Source of the DNA: Paraspadella gotoi
Taxonomy: Eukaryota > Animalia > Chaetognatha
Assembly: GCA_051294375.1 (NCBI GenBank)
Contig: CM119268.1
Coordinates: forward strand, 21,720,010-21,784,009
DNA length: 64,000 bases
Reading direction: 5' to 3'
The position numbers and the translations under genes were made by a program. The stretch's first letter is position 1, and each line of letters opens with the position of its first letter. Under the pieces are notes generated by a model. That model was not told where the DNA came from. It made no database searches and saw only the letters and a list, made by a program, of their open reading frames with translations. Positions 39,954 through 52,638 of this stretch are shown here, piece by piece.

Positions 39954-40275
39954 TTTTATTCAGAGTCGCTAATGAGATTGAACAAAAAGCTTTTTTCTCA
40001 ATAGAGGAATTCTTTTTTTTTAAAAATTGTGTAATTCTAAACTTTTTTAATATTTTTCTAATTTCGATAAAAAATGTAAAAAAAATTATCTTCTACTTTT
40101 TTTCTAAAATTTATTTTTTCCACTTTTTTCTAATCCCTACATTATAATTGTACTTAGTTTTTTTCTGATCTGAATCAATATACGTCCTTATGATTCTGTT
40201 GATAAAAATAAATTCTTATATATTACATAATAATAAAAATAATAGTTAAAAATAATTATAATTATACTGTTTCAG

Positions 40276-40361
40276 GTCGTTTGTGACGAACTTCTCCGAT
40301 TCAAAGAGGATATCGCCCTAAAGGGGGATGAACTATCGACGGAGGAATACCTATTGAGTTA

Positions 40362-40413
<52 letters not shown>

Positions 40414-40418
40414 AGAGA

Positions 40419-40460
<42 letters not shown>

Positions 40461-42290
40461 TTAAGTGAGTATATTTTATTTACGGATAACCTCGAAAAAT
40501 CCTGATGCTATTTTGTTTAAAACCATTTAGGCCTGGAGCGCCTCTCGTGTGGGGCGCTTAAACAAATGTTGTCTGAGATCGAATCGCGAATCAAAGAAAA
40601 TTCAGAGACTCTGATTGATGAGTTGGCGAGAAGGGACGAGCTGGAGTTCGAAAAGGTAAGTTCATTAATTGAGCTCGAGTTCGAAAAGGTAAGTTCATTA
40701 ATTGAGCTCGAGTTCGAAAAGGTAAGTTCATTAATTGAGCTCGAGTTCGAAAAAATAAGTTAATTAATTGAGGACAATGCTTAAGTTGAGATTAAGTTAT
40801 GCTTAAGCCTAAAGTTGAGATTTAGAAAAATTGTTTTGATTCTTTAAATATTATTAAAGTCGCTTTGTGAAAATGTTTTAGATTAATTTCAGTTATTATT
40901 GTTGTGTTTTTTGTTTTTTTTTTTTTTTTTTTTTTTTTTTGTCGTTTTTGCCCTTTGTGTTTGCTCGTTGATTAGTAAACAAAAGTCATTGAAATATTAA
41001 AATATCATTGAAATATCCGCATTAAATCGGCACTAAAACTTTTCATAAAAAATCCTTAAAATGTTGTTGTTCAATGTTCAGTATGGTCTTCCACATTATT
41101 TGTTATAATTTTACGCGCATAGAATATTTATTTGTAACTTTTTTCTTTATGAGAACTATATTTCATATAAAAACAGAATTAAGACGTTAACGTGAAGGAA
41201 AACTCAGCTACGAGATCATTTCTATATTTTCATAGAAATAAGACAAAACTTTATTTTTCGTCAATTTTTTTTTTTTTTTTTAATTCTCAGGAATTGAAGA
41301 ATCAATTCGTGACTGTCCTTTTGTCTGTCCAAAACAAAAGGCGTCAGGCGATGACGTCGCGCCTCGAAGCGGCGAAAAGCAGAAACAAAAACAAACGAAA
41401 ATCTTCGACATCCAATGAAAAGCATTCGTCTTATCTTACCACTGTTATTCCTTACACCAAAGGTTAGTTTAAATTTTGAGTTTTAAAAGCTAAATAAAAA
41501 TGGAGTTTTAATAGTTAAAAATTAGGTTTAGCTCTCGAAATTGTGTCTTCTAATTAAATTAAGAGAGTCAATCTAATTTTGATTTTGAAATCTGCTTACA
41601 TGTATTTGTTTATTTTAAGTTGAATTTTAAAGCAAAAGGCCTGGGTCATTTAATCCCATTCTCTAGGATCAACCAACAACCTTCTACACCCCCCCACTCC
41701 ACCCCTTCACCCCTTCCACAGCCCTGACGGCGGAGATGAGCCTCTCGACCCTGGAATCGCTCGTCAACATCCTTCGAGCCGTCGACGCCGACTCCCCCAA
41801 GGTCGCGCCTCTCCTCACCGACTACATCCTCAACGTCCTCTGCCCGGAGGACGATAACGAGGCGCTGCAGCAGCACCAGCAGCAGATGTCGGGAGTGGAG
41901 CTGCAGCAGCAACAGAGACAGCAGGGAACGCGAAGGACCGGTAGGTTTATATGTCTGTCTGTTATTCTATATTACTTATGTTTATATAATCACACATATT
42001 ACCACTTAACAAGAGACCGTTTCATGTCTAGTCACGTAATCACAAGGAAACGAATAGTAAATGATATTTTTACTCGGGTCTTAAGATAGCTAATAATATG
42101 CAAAGGAGGTATGAAATGAGGCTTGTTGAAAACAAATGATCAGTCCGAGGATTATTAGTTATTAGTTATTCTGCATCTTTTCTTTTCATTTCTTTTATTT
42201 TTAGGATCGCAACATCGATGCTCCACGTCGGAAATTCAAAAGGAAAAGAGGAGCAGAAGTTTGAGGAGCAGAGAAACGACGATGAGGAGT
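40276..42290 (+). CDS. unc-76: FEZ1/UNC-76 C-terminal exons (coiled coil and conserved C-terminus)
   Basis: Exons 40276-40357, 40531-40655 (SETLIDELARRDELEFEK), 41291-41462 (ELKNQFVTVLLSVQNKR..YLTTVIPY) and 41722-41940 (KVAPLLTDYILNVLCP), with an uncertain last exon from about 42205. Hallmark FEZ motifs; phases match. Confidence 0.95.
40644..40762 (+). repeat. 33-bp tandem repeat of the exon end plus 5' splice site
   Basis: GAGTTCGAAAAG|GTAAGTTCATTAATTGAGCTC occurs three times plus a partial copy. Confidence 0.95.
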
Positions 42291-42882
42291 AGAGGAGTGA
42301 CTTTGAGTTGAGGAGCGAGAGGAGGAGGAGGAGGAGGAGGAAGAGAGGATAAACGATGAGGAAGAGATGGGCAAAAAAAAAGAAACATTACTTGGTACGA
42401 TTTTCCGAAAGCACTTCATTTTTACCTTTTTTTAACCTTAATTTTTCTTTTAAATTTATACCCCGACTCTTAACCTAATCCTTAAACCTAAAAACAAACT
42501 TGATTCCGAATTTAAACTGAAATGGGATGCTTTTAGAAAATATGACCCATGATTTGTAAGCGATAAATAGAAAATTAAATGTAACTCGTTTTCTGACAAA
42601 GATTATTCCTTTTTATTCTTATTTCGCGACATTTTTAATTTTATTGTCAAATCAAAGGTAAATTTTTGATTCAGGTGGCTTAAATGAATAAAGATGAGAA
42701 ATTTCTTTCATTGAATATGATTTTAAAGGGAAAAACGTTGCATGAGCGTAGATATGAATGGAAATATCTTTTTTTTAATGTTTAATGAATAAAAAAAATT
42801 CAACCGCCAAAAAACCCAAGAACATAAATGCAGCTTCTATTTTTATTAATGTATGGCCAATTACGCTTCTCCCCCTTACTTT

Positions 42883-42926
<44 letters not shown>

Positions 42927-44167
42927 CTCTCTCTCTCTCTCTCCCCTCAGCTTTCTATATGCAAAACAAAAGAAACCTTACATCGCTTTGTTATCAGTAT
43001 ATTCGACAAAAAGTGTATCCTTCTCTTTTTTACATTAATGTATTCGTCAAGATTTCTTGTATTTCTCTTTCTCCGATATTTTTTCATATCAATTTGTCTT
43101 TCTGCCTCTTTACACAAGGATATGCTTTGTCTCACTCTTTTTAATTGTGTCAAACGCAAGTCATTTTTTTTTTAAATTTTTAAAATGTCTAAATGTGGTG
43201 CATAAAAAAGAAACAAGATGAACGCATGATACGACCGACTTAATGAAATAAAAGATATAATGATGAACTGATAATGATTAACCAATAACCATGACATGCA
43301 TTCTATGCAAAAAATTTTTTTTTAAAAACAAATATCGACCACGATGATTACAAAAATATTAATTAAAATACTTTTTTATTTTTGTGTCTTTTTTCTCTGT
43401 TCTTTTTGTTTATTTTCATAAAATTTAGATCGAGCGCCAAACATGAAGTAGCAATAACATGGATACAAGCTTTTGTGTTGAATTAATACAAAAATCACCC
43501 TGTACCGAATAAAAAAAACAAAGCATGCCTTGTCTCGGAAACGGGATCCAGTCGTTTTAGGCTTTAATTTTGAACTTAGCATCGCATGGAAAAGTCTTAA
43601 CTATTTTTTTATTTTTTTAAGCTTAAAATCGCGTTCGAGCAAAAGTGAAATGTAACTTAGTTCTAAGTTTTTTTTTTAATCCACGTAAAGAACATTACTT
43701 TTAATAAATATTTGGCAATTCTTATTATCGATAAAACGGCTTTAATTTATTCAAGTAATTTTTACGGCATGTTTAAAAAATTTGTTAAAATGTTTAGATG
43801 TATTGTGATATAAATTAGAAAATAGTCATTTATTTAAATTCTTAGTTGTTGGGGACATTAATTTTTTTTTTGACCAAATTATTTTAAAGTTTGGATTTTT
43901 CTGAAAAAAAGAATTTGCGCATCACGCGCGTTTTTTTTTAGATCGACTTCTTTTATTTGGTTCACCCTGTACATTCGTTAAAGCCTTGTCGAATTGTGAA
44001 GTTCACTTTACGCTTTTCGGGGTTTTATTTCTATGTAATGAATGAAATGTTGTTATAAGTTATTAAAATACGAAACAGTTTCTAATTAAAACGGCTTCAA
44101 CACAAAATGATTTTGCGATAAATTAATTTCTTTTTATTATTCGGGATAACATAGCGTAGATGAGAGA

Positions 44168-44168
44168 T

Positions 44169-44250
<82 letters not shown>
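44168..44250. repeat. (GATA)n microsatellite; mirror at about 31810-31890
   Basis: Seen directly. Confidence 0.95.
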
Positions 44251-45070
44251 CAGACACAAATTGACTTCTTTTATTTCCGAAAAAATAAACTAATGTAATA
44301 ATATATTTTTTTTATAAATCTTAAATCTAAGCCTCATACAGGTCAAGTAAAAACTTAAATTTGATAAAACCCTTTATCTTTAACTTAAGACAGGTCACCG
44401 CTACTGGCGCTGTACCCATATCAATTATTTCTTTTAATTTCCTAACCACCTGGTGAGAATAAAGTCATTTGATCGCAATGAACGATGTCGACGACGACAA
44501 AGACGACGACGACTATGACGACGACAAAGACGACGACGACAATGACGACAAAGATGACGACGACAACGACGACAATATAACTCGAGAGTCGGATTAAATA
44601 TTGTGTTTCCTCCATTGAATTCGTAGAGTAAAATTTTTGCGTGGTCCCTGTCGTCGTCGTCGTCGTCGTCGTCGTCGTTATTGCAAGTTTCAATTTCCGT
44701 CAATCGATTTCTGCAAAATCGAATTTTTCTGTTTTCCCAAATTCGAAAATTAAAATTTTCAGTTCGAGTTTCTACGCGATTCGCAGGGGGGGGCGGGCAG
44801 GGAGGTTGCGAATAAAGTTGATTTTTTTCCTTTCTTAATTAATTTGCTTCTAAAGTTTTTTTTTTTCTGTGTTGCTTATGTCACCGAGTTTTTTTGTGTG
44901 TTCTTGTTGTTTTGTTTTTTTGTTGTTTTTATAATTTTTAAAATTTTATAAATCTTATTCTCTTTTCCTTTCTTTAAACTTTCATTTTTGGTTCTTTTAT
45001 TCTCTATTTTGCCCGAAATGTTTCTTCTTTTTCTTCTCTTTCTTTTCTTTTCCTTTCTACCCTTTTCAGG

Positions 45071-48000
45071 ATGAAACATTTGTCCAAAATCGTTTGGGTC
45101 ATCGTCGTCGTCATCGTCGCCGTCACCGTCGCCGTCGTCATCGTCGTTCATAAGAGTTACAGAAGAACCGACATAAATCGAAAAGGTGCTCATCCGAACT
45201 CCGTTTACAGTCTTCTACTCATTTTAAAAAGGGGATTTTTTATTCACAGTAAAAACCCTTTTTTTTCTTAATGAAATTGGTACAACCAATAAAAAAATTA
45301 TTCGTTGATTTAGTAAAGAAGCTATCTTGTCCCTGACTTTGCAGAGACTGTTGCATGTACCTTTTACTGGATGATAACGTCGCAAGACCCGGCAAGCTTT
45401 CAAGCAGGACTAATTAATTTACCTCCCAATTATTTATGTTAAACGTTGTCAGACGGCGGAAGTGCACCGGCAACGGAGGGAGGTGCAACGGCAACAGACG
45501 GAGCTGTACCGGCAATAGACGGAGGTGCACCGACAACAGACGGAGGTGCACCGGCAACGGACGGAGCTGCACCGGCAACAGACGGAGGTACACCGGCTGG
45601 CAGCACCGGCGGTTTACCCGGGAGTGGATTTGGAGGGGATTTGCCGGGAGATGCAAGCACACCGGCAAGTGAAGGGAATGCGTCGGCAAACGGGAATGTA
45701 TCGGATGTTACAAATGGCGGGAAAAATGTTTCATTGGATGAAATCGAGTGGAACAACGGCACAAATTGGAACAACGGAACAAATTGGAACAACGGAACAA
45801 ATTGGAAGAACAACGGAACAAATTGGAAGAACAAATTGTTTAAAATGTTTTTCATTTTGAGTCCCGAGGACTCGGAAAAGGTGAGGCTTAAGAAGTCGGA
45901 AAAGGTGAGGATTGAGAAGTCGTTTTTAGTGAATTTTAAAAGACACTATTGCAAATACGTGGGTACGGAGAACATTAATTATGTTTTGATATTATCTTTT
46001 GGCTCCAAGGAGTATTTTTTTTTAAAGTATTATTAGTAAAGAGTAGAAAGGGCTTCTTGCCTGTAAAGTGCAAACCTCATCTTGATTAAGAAGATACCAA
46101 CTGAGTTTCGCCTCGGCTCCCGAAGCCTTAACTATATTTTTTGGCTGGAGACTTGTCTGGATGTGCCCTTCCAGAACCCCAATTGCATTTACCACTTCCA
46201 GAGCTCTCATTGTTTTTCCCCCTCCTTCCAGAGACCTTATTGCTTTTCACTCAACCTTTTACAGAACCTCGACGTCAATCAGACACTCAACTTGACTGAA
46301 TCTTTGAAAGTGGAATTTTTGTGGAATGTCACTGGAAAAGTTCGTCGGTTGATGGAAACGGAGTTGGAGTGGAAGCTGAAGAGAGGTCAGTCGCTCGAAG
46401 ACTCTTGTTAGATGACATTCGATTGAATTATCAGTTTTATTACAATTATAAAAATATGTTTTGAGTTAAATGACATCATCATCATCATTATTATCATCCT
46501 CATTTTCATGTAGTCTTTTCTTAACACTCAACTTTTTCTTCCGTAGGAACTAAAGCTAAAAATTATATACTTTATAACGATTAAGACAATGTTCGATTAG
46601 TCAATTAATTATTCATTTATAACAATTTGCAAATCTTTCGACAACAGACTTCAATTCCTCTTTCGTCTTCACCGTCGCTTCTCACGACTTCCGCTTCTCG
46701 GATTTCGCTTCTCATCTCAGCAGCGAATTCGCTTCTCGGCTTCGATCTTCCGCTTCTCCTTTTCCGAGTCTCAACCTGACGTCGACGATCGACGCGTCCG
46801 CTTCTCCCTTTTGTTCCTTCGATCTCCGCTTCTCGCTTCGATTCTCCTGCGCCGGCTGCAGCGGAGAGTGCGGCGGCGGCGGCGGTTGCCGCAACTGCAG
46901 CCGCGTAGGCGACGAGAAAAGTTGCGGCAGGGAGCAGTGTCAAGGTTGCGGCAAAGAATGCGTGACGAGTTGCGGCGATTTTTGCGACGACGAATGCGGC
47001 AGATTCTGTGAAGGAGTTGGTGAAGGGAGTCTAGGTGGTAGTGGCGATCTGGGTGGTGGTCAATCTGGCGGAGGTGCTAATAGAAGTGGCGATGCATCCT
47101 CTCCACCTGCTGCACCTCTCGACCTCGGCATCTGTGATTCTCGACCTTGGATCGATCGACTTCACCAAGTTTTTGGAGAAAAATTTAATATTTCGGGAAG
47201 AATAGTTTTAAGGACGTCCAACGTTACCGGTGAATTAATTAAATATTAAATATATTGTTAAATTACTAAATAATTAATTGTAAATATAATTTTTAAAAAA
47301 TTTTTAAAAGAGAAAATGTTGGCTTAATTTGCATTTATCAATTTAAACCCTAAACTATATTTTTTCATAAAATTATCATTTGCATGTTGCAGTAGTTGGT
47401 TTATAATCTTTATTTTTTATTTCATTATTTTGGTATTTAAAATAAGATAATTTTTTGAATCTCAATCACCAAAGATAATAGTTGAAGTTCATCATTAAAA
47501 TTTTACTTAAATTTTCTTTTAGCTCAGTAAAGTTTTAGATTTAATGATTCATCTATATGCATTTTTCCCCATATTTACCACATAGTTTTTGAGTAAAGAT
47601 AAACTGCCTTCCCCATTACCAAAGAATAAATTTAAAAACAAATTAATTGAATTTCCGATTTTGCAACCGGCACTGAAAACCGGTCATTAAATCAGTGGCA
47701 AAGAATATATATGGTCACGTCCATTCACCCTTCCTACTATTAGTAATACTTAGCTTATAGATTATAGAACCTTTTATTTAATTCTTATTTTATTTGGCGT
47801 CGGTCTAAAACCTTGCTAACTACACTTAATGATTTATCCATTGTAAAAAAATATCTACAAGCTTTAATACGCTATATAAAACTTAGAGAGTGAGTTAATC
47901 TTGCATCAGCCTGTCTCCCTATTCAATTTTTAATATTTTCAGTATTTTTAGTATTTTCAGTAATTTTAGTATTTTTAGTATTTTTAGTATTTTTAGTATT

Positions 48001-48381
48001 TTTAGTATTTTTAGTATTTTTAGTATTTTTAGTATTTTTAGTACTTTTAGTATTTTTAGTATTTTTAGTATTTTTAGAATTTTTAATATTTTTAATATTT
48101 TTAGTATTTTTAGTATTTTTAGTATTTTTAGTATTGACCATTTCTCCTTCCATTCACAGATTCATCATTCACTCTCGATCTCCGCGTTCTCCAAATGTCC
48201 AACGAGACGGAGACAGAATCCAAGATGGCGGACTTGATTTCCTTTGTGTCGAAGGGAGAAATGGAGACAGAGTGGAAGGGATTCTTGATCACTGGAGGAG
48301 GAGGAGGAGGAGGAGGAGGAGGAGAAGGAGGAGGAGGAGGTATCGAAAAAAGTAAAAATTGTCGCGACGAAGCAGATTCTA
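45071..48381 (+). CDS. Putative membrane-anchored protein exons: signal anchor, ATDGGAP and WNNGTN repeats, Cys/Gly-rich segment
   Basis: MKHLSKIVWVIVVVIVAVTVAVVIVVHK (45071-~45185); repeat exon to the donor at 45881; open exon ~46050-46385; Cys-rich exon ~46640-47169 (CAGCSGEC..CRNC..CQGCGKECVTSCGDFCDDECGRFC); exon 48160-48381. Confidence 0.55.
47925..48135. repeat. 9-bp repeat (TATTTTTAG)n; mirror at about 27850-28050
   Basis: Seen directly; lies just upstream of the acceptor at 48159. Confidence 0.93.
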
Positions 48382-49404
48382 GTTGAGGACATAATTCATT
48401 TTAGCATAGTATAATTAGTATTATACTATTAAAATTATAGGATGATTCCTAATATTAGTAATGATCTCCTTGTAAAAGTCAAAATGAAGTTTTTACATTT
48501 AAGACAAACGTTCTATGACTGAAATTTTATTTTTTTTAATTAAAAATCAAACTTAATTTTTTTTTTATTAAAAGACAGTGACTGAATATGAATATAAGAA
48601 TGCAAACAATGAAAATGATTTATAAGAACAATAACCATTTAGAATTAACACGTTACGTCATGAGATTTATATTATCTTAAGTTGTTAAATTATGGTTATG
48701 AAAGAAACCTTGCTTCTTATTGTCAAAAATACGTAAATTCGTTTGATCTAGTAATAAAAATAAATAATTTAAATCTCTGCTATAAGTATTTTTATCAATT
48801 AAACAGAGTGAGTCAAAAACTACAGTTTAGATAAACTTGTCAAATTGTATATTTATCTCACAAAATTAACAAAATCTCACAATTAAGAGAACTTCCGCTC
48901 TACAATCGCTAATCGACGGTTTATCGCTCTTCAGAAAACGACACGATTTTCGAAACCGAATAAAAACCCAGTTTCGTCATTGAGGGGAAAAACGCATATA
49001 ACTTGCAAAATACTGGTTCAACGAGTCAGAAACTGAATTGAAAGACAAAAAGAAGAAACTCGTTTGATTGTTTTTAGTCTTTGGCCATTAAATTCTTTTT
49101 TCGGGCGATCAGGGGGCCAATTCCGTTCTTGTCGATCAACTGGATTTTTTTTTTTGGTCACAATTTAGTGTAATTTATTGTAGAATTGGGCTGAAGAAAT
49201 GGGTAACAAAATATATAGACGAAACAGGAACGAGGTTTATGTTACGGTAAGGATATTTGATTAAATGTTTTTTACGCTTGCACACAATGCACCGTGCATA
49301 CTGAATACTGCATAGTTGTTTCAGTATTTGATTATTGCCGTGCTCATTATTGTAGTACACTGTACAATAATAATACTGTTTTCTTGGATTTAAAGCCTAA
49401 GTTA

Positions 49405-52365
49405 GCCTGGTAATAGAACAGTTGCTGACAATCTATCGCGTGCTAACTATATTAGGTTTAAATCTGTTTGGTCACTGCGCACGATATTTCGCCAATCAAT
49501 TCATTTCAAAGCCTGACTTGTTTCCGCCTGATTTAAGCGCAAAGACGACGACCGCCTGTTCAACGCCTGTCGTAGCGGGAAAACGAAGAAGTTTAAAAAA
49601 CTCGTGAAGAAACTTGGAGAAGCTTACGTGGCGTCGGTGAGATAGACATCGGGTTGGCGTGTGAATTATACAATATGTATACATTGAGGGTGAGTTCATA
49701 AACTGACTTACTTAATATAAAACTCACGCAATCCCCACTTTCCCAATCCCCCACTCCCCAATCCCCCTTTCCCCAATCCCCACTTTCCCCAATCCCCACA
49801 CTTTCCCCAATCCCCCACTCCCCAATCCCCACTTTCCCCATTCCCCACTTACCCCAATCCCCACTTTCCCCAATCCCCCACTCCCCAATCCCCACTTCCC
49901 CAATCCCCATTCCCCAATCCCACTTTCCCCATCTCCCCTTCCCCCCCCCCGACAGGGCGAGCGACGATTCCGGCGCCACTTGCCTCACCACGCAGCCGCC
50001 GGAAAGGGCGCCGCTCTCTCCGGACGCTGTTGTCTTTCGGCGCCGACGCCGACGCCGTTAATGACGGGGTGAGACCGCCGACTCACTTCGCGGCGTCGAA
50101 AGGAAATTTCGGCGCCATCTCAGCCTTGGTTGACGCCGCGTGAGATATTGGAGGGGGGTGGATCGGTTGCCATAGTAACTCTGTGCTCACTTTTTTAGTC
50201 ACAACTATGAATTTATTAACTTATTTTAATAATTTTATCTAATTTACGCGGTTGGCTAAGAATAAGAAATATAATCCTTTTTGAATTTTATTTTAAATTG
50301 ATATTATTTTCTCATATTTCAATTTTTTTTTTCATTTTAAACATAGTTTTATTTTTAAATTTTAAACCTACTTAATGAAATATTTTTCACATTTTAAATT
50401 AAAATTAATTAGTAATTGATATGAATTTTAAAAATATTTTATGTATTAACTTTTAATAAGGAATATTACCCCATCCTCTCCATCCTGCCCCTCTCTCCCT
50501 TCTTTCCTCTATCCACCTCTCTCCCACTTCACTCCTCTTCTCTCTCCCTCTTCCTTCTCCCTAATTATCTTCTCCCTCTCTCCCCTCTCTCTCCCCATCA
50601 TTCTCACTCCCGCTCCTCTTCCCTTCTCTCCTAGCAACATATTTCCTTCTTTCCCCTCCTCCTCCTGTCTTCCTTCTCCCTTTCTCCTTCTCTCCCTTCT
50701 TCCCTTATTTCCCCTCTCCCTCCCCCCCTCCCTAACTCTTCCTTATATTCTCTCCTCCCCCTCTCTCCCTCCTCTCCTCTCTTTAATTCCCTTCTCTCCC
50801 TCCTCTCTCTACTACCCACCTCCCCTCTCTCACTCCTTCCCTCTCCCTCACCACTCTCTCTCGCCTCCCCCTTCCCTTCTCTCCCTCCTCTCTCTCTACC
50901 CACTCCACCCCCTCTCTCACTCCTTCCTCACTCTCCTCCCACTCTCTCTCCCTCTCTCCCCCTTCCCTTCTCTCCCTCCTCCTCTCTCTACCCACGCCTC
51001 CCCTCTCTCACTCCTTCCTCTCTCCTCCCCTCTCACTCAGGCGCCGCCATCGACGCCGTCGACGACTTCCGGTCCACGCCGCTGCGCCGCTGCTTCCGGC
51101 GCCAGCGTCATGTCGCTGCGCTGACGCTGCTCAGAGGCGGGGCGCGGCTGAGCGACGCCGCGGCTGAAGACATGGATGCGGACGAGACGAAGGCGTTGAC
51201 GAAGTTGTTGAGGAGGATCGAAGAGGAAGGTTGGTTGTTGTTGTTGTTGTTGTAGTTCTTGTTGTTGTTGATTTCTTGTTATCTTTGGTTAGTGTTAAAT
51301 GTTAATTTTCAGTTCATAGTTATGTTTGGTTTGTTTAAATGACTCTAAATCTGAATTTAATTTAGTTTTATTTTATTTAGTTTTTAATAGAATGAAACAA
51401 AGTTAATTTAGTACAAGAAACAAAAACAGAACCCACAGAATCATTGAAAAGAAGAGAGAAAAAAAGAATAAAATAATTACATTAAAGATTAAACAATATT
51501 TAAAATTGATTTCATGACGTATCAAACTTTATTAAAAGGGAATTTTTTCTGCATTGTGTTTAAATTTAAAAAACTAAAAAAGCGGTTTTCAGTTGATAAA
51601 AATGCATTTTAGGTTTATTTTAAATTAATCTTAAATATTTAAATTTATTTTAATTCGATTTTTATTTACATTTTCAGAAATTTTAACCAGCGAAGAATTT
51701 CTTCTTTTCGACGTCGAATCTTCGATAGAATTCGACGCGAAACTCGAAGCGAAATTTAAAAGATTTTACAGCAAAGAATCATCGACGGATTTGTCGGCAG
51801 ATTTAGGAAATTTGTCGGCAGATTTATCGAAAGATTTGACGGAAATCTCGTCGGAACGCGGAAAAAATTTCGGCGAAAAAACGACGGCGAAAAAATCGGG
51901 GGAAAAATCGAGAAAGTTTTTCACGAAAAGTGCTGAATTAAAGTCGAAGAAAAATGCTGTAGATGCTGCAGATGATCTCATCCGTGATACCGTAAATTGT
52001 AGTGAGAAAGAATCGACGAAAATCTCTGTAAACGATTCCGTTCATAAATCTGCGAAAGATTTGTCCATCGCATCAGCAGAAATGATTGCAAATGATTCTG
52101 GAATCGATTCTACCTTCACTTCCACATTCATCCCTTCCCCCAACGATCCCTTCCCCTCTTCCCTAGATCCCTTACCCTGTTCCCTGGATCCCTCCCCCCT
52201 TTCCCTACTCTTCCCCTCCTCTTCTCCCTGCGACATTTGCTTGTCTCGCCCCAAGCGTCTCCTCTTCTTTTGCAAGCACGCCGCTTGCTCCAGGTGTCGG
52301 CGCCGGTTAGAAAGATGTCACATTTGCCGGAAACCGATCGTCGCCTCGATTCGATTCGCCGGAAA

Positions 52366-52396
<31 letters not shown>

Positions 52397-52432
52397 TACG
52401 ACGAGAATGACATTTACGAGTGGGTGATGTAA
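49405..52432 (+). CDS. Ankyrin-repeat plus C-terminal RING-HC protein (Mind bomb-like RING; putative E3 ligase)
   Basis: Exons ~49405-49636 (LFNACRSG), ~49955-50157 (GATCLHHAA.KG..GADADAVND.GETP.HFAA.KGN after indel repair), 51041-51229 (AIDAVDDFRSTPL..LLRGGA) and 51678-52432 (CDICLSRPKRLLFFCKHAACSRCRRRLERCHICRKPI). The last two exons are phase-matched. Confidence 0.85.
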
Positions 52433-52591
52433 GCTTTATCGGGTTATTTATTGTAACGTGTACAGTATTTTCAATTTAAAATGGAATAAAAGAGAAAGTG
52501 TCTTACTCATGCTTTGGGTTCGGTTTTATAAATTCGTTAGAATCAAAAATAATTTCAATTAGAAATTATTTACGTCACTCTCAGTCATATG

Positions 52592-52638
<47 letters not shown>

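Larger units (their letters stand above)
23642..51500. repeat. Giant inverted repeat: left arm about 23642-38075, right arm about 38170-51500, centred on an (AG)n tract
   Basis: Mirror ORFs (for example 37978..38238+ against 38015..38275-) and continuous reverse-complement similarity out to the 25-N gap. Confidence 0.97.
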
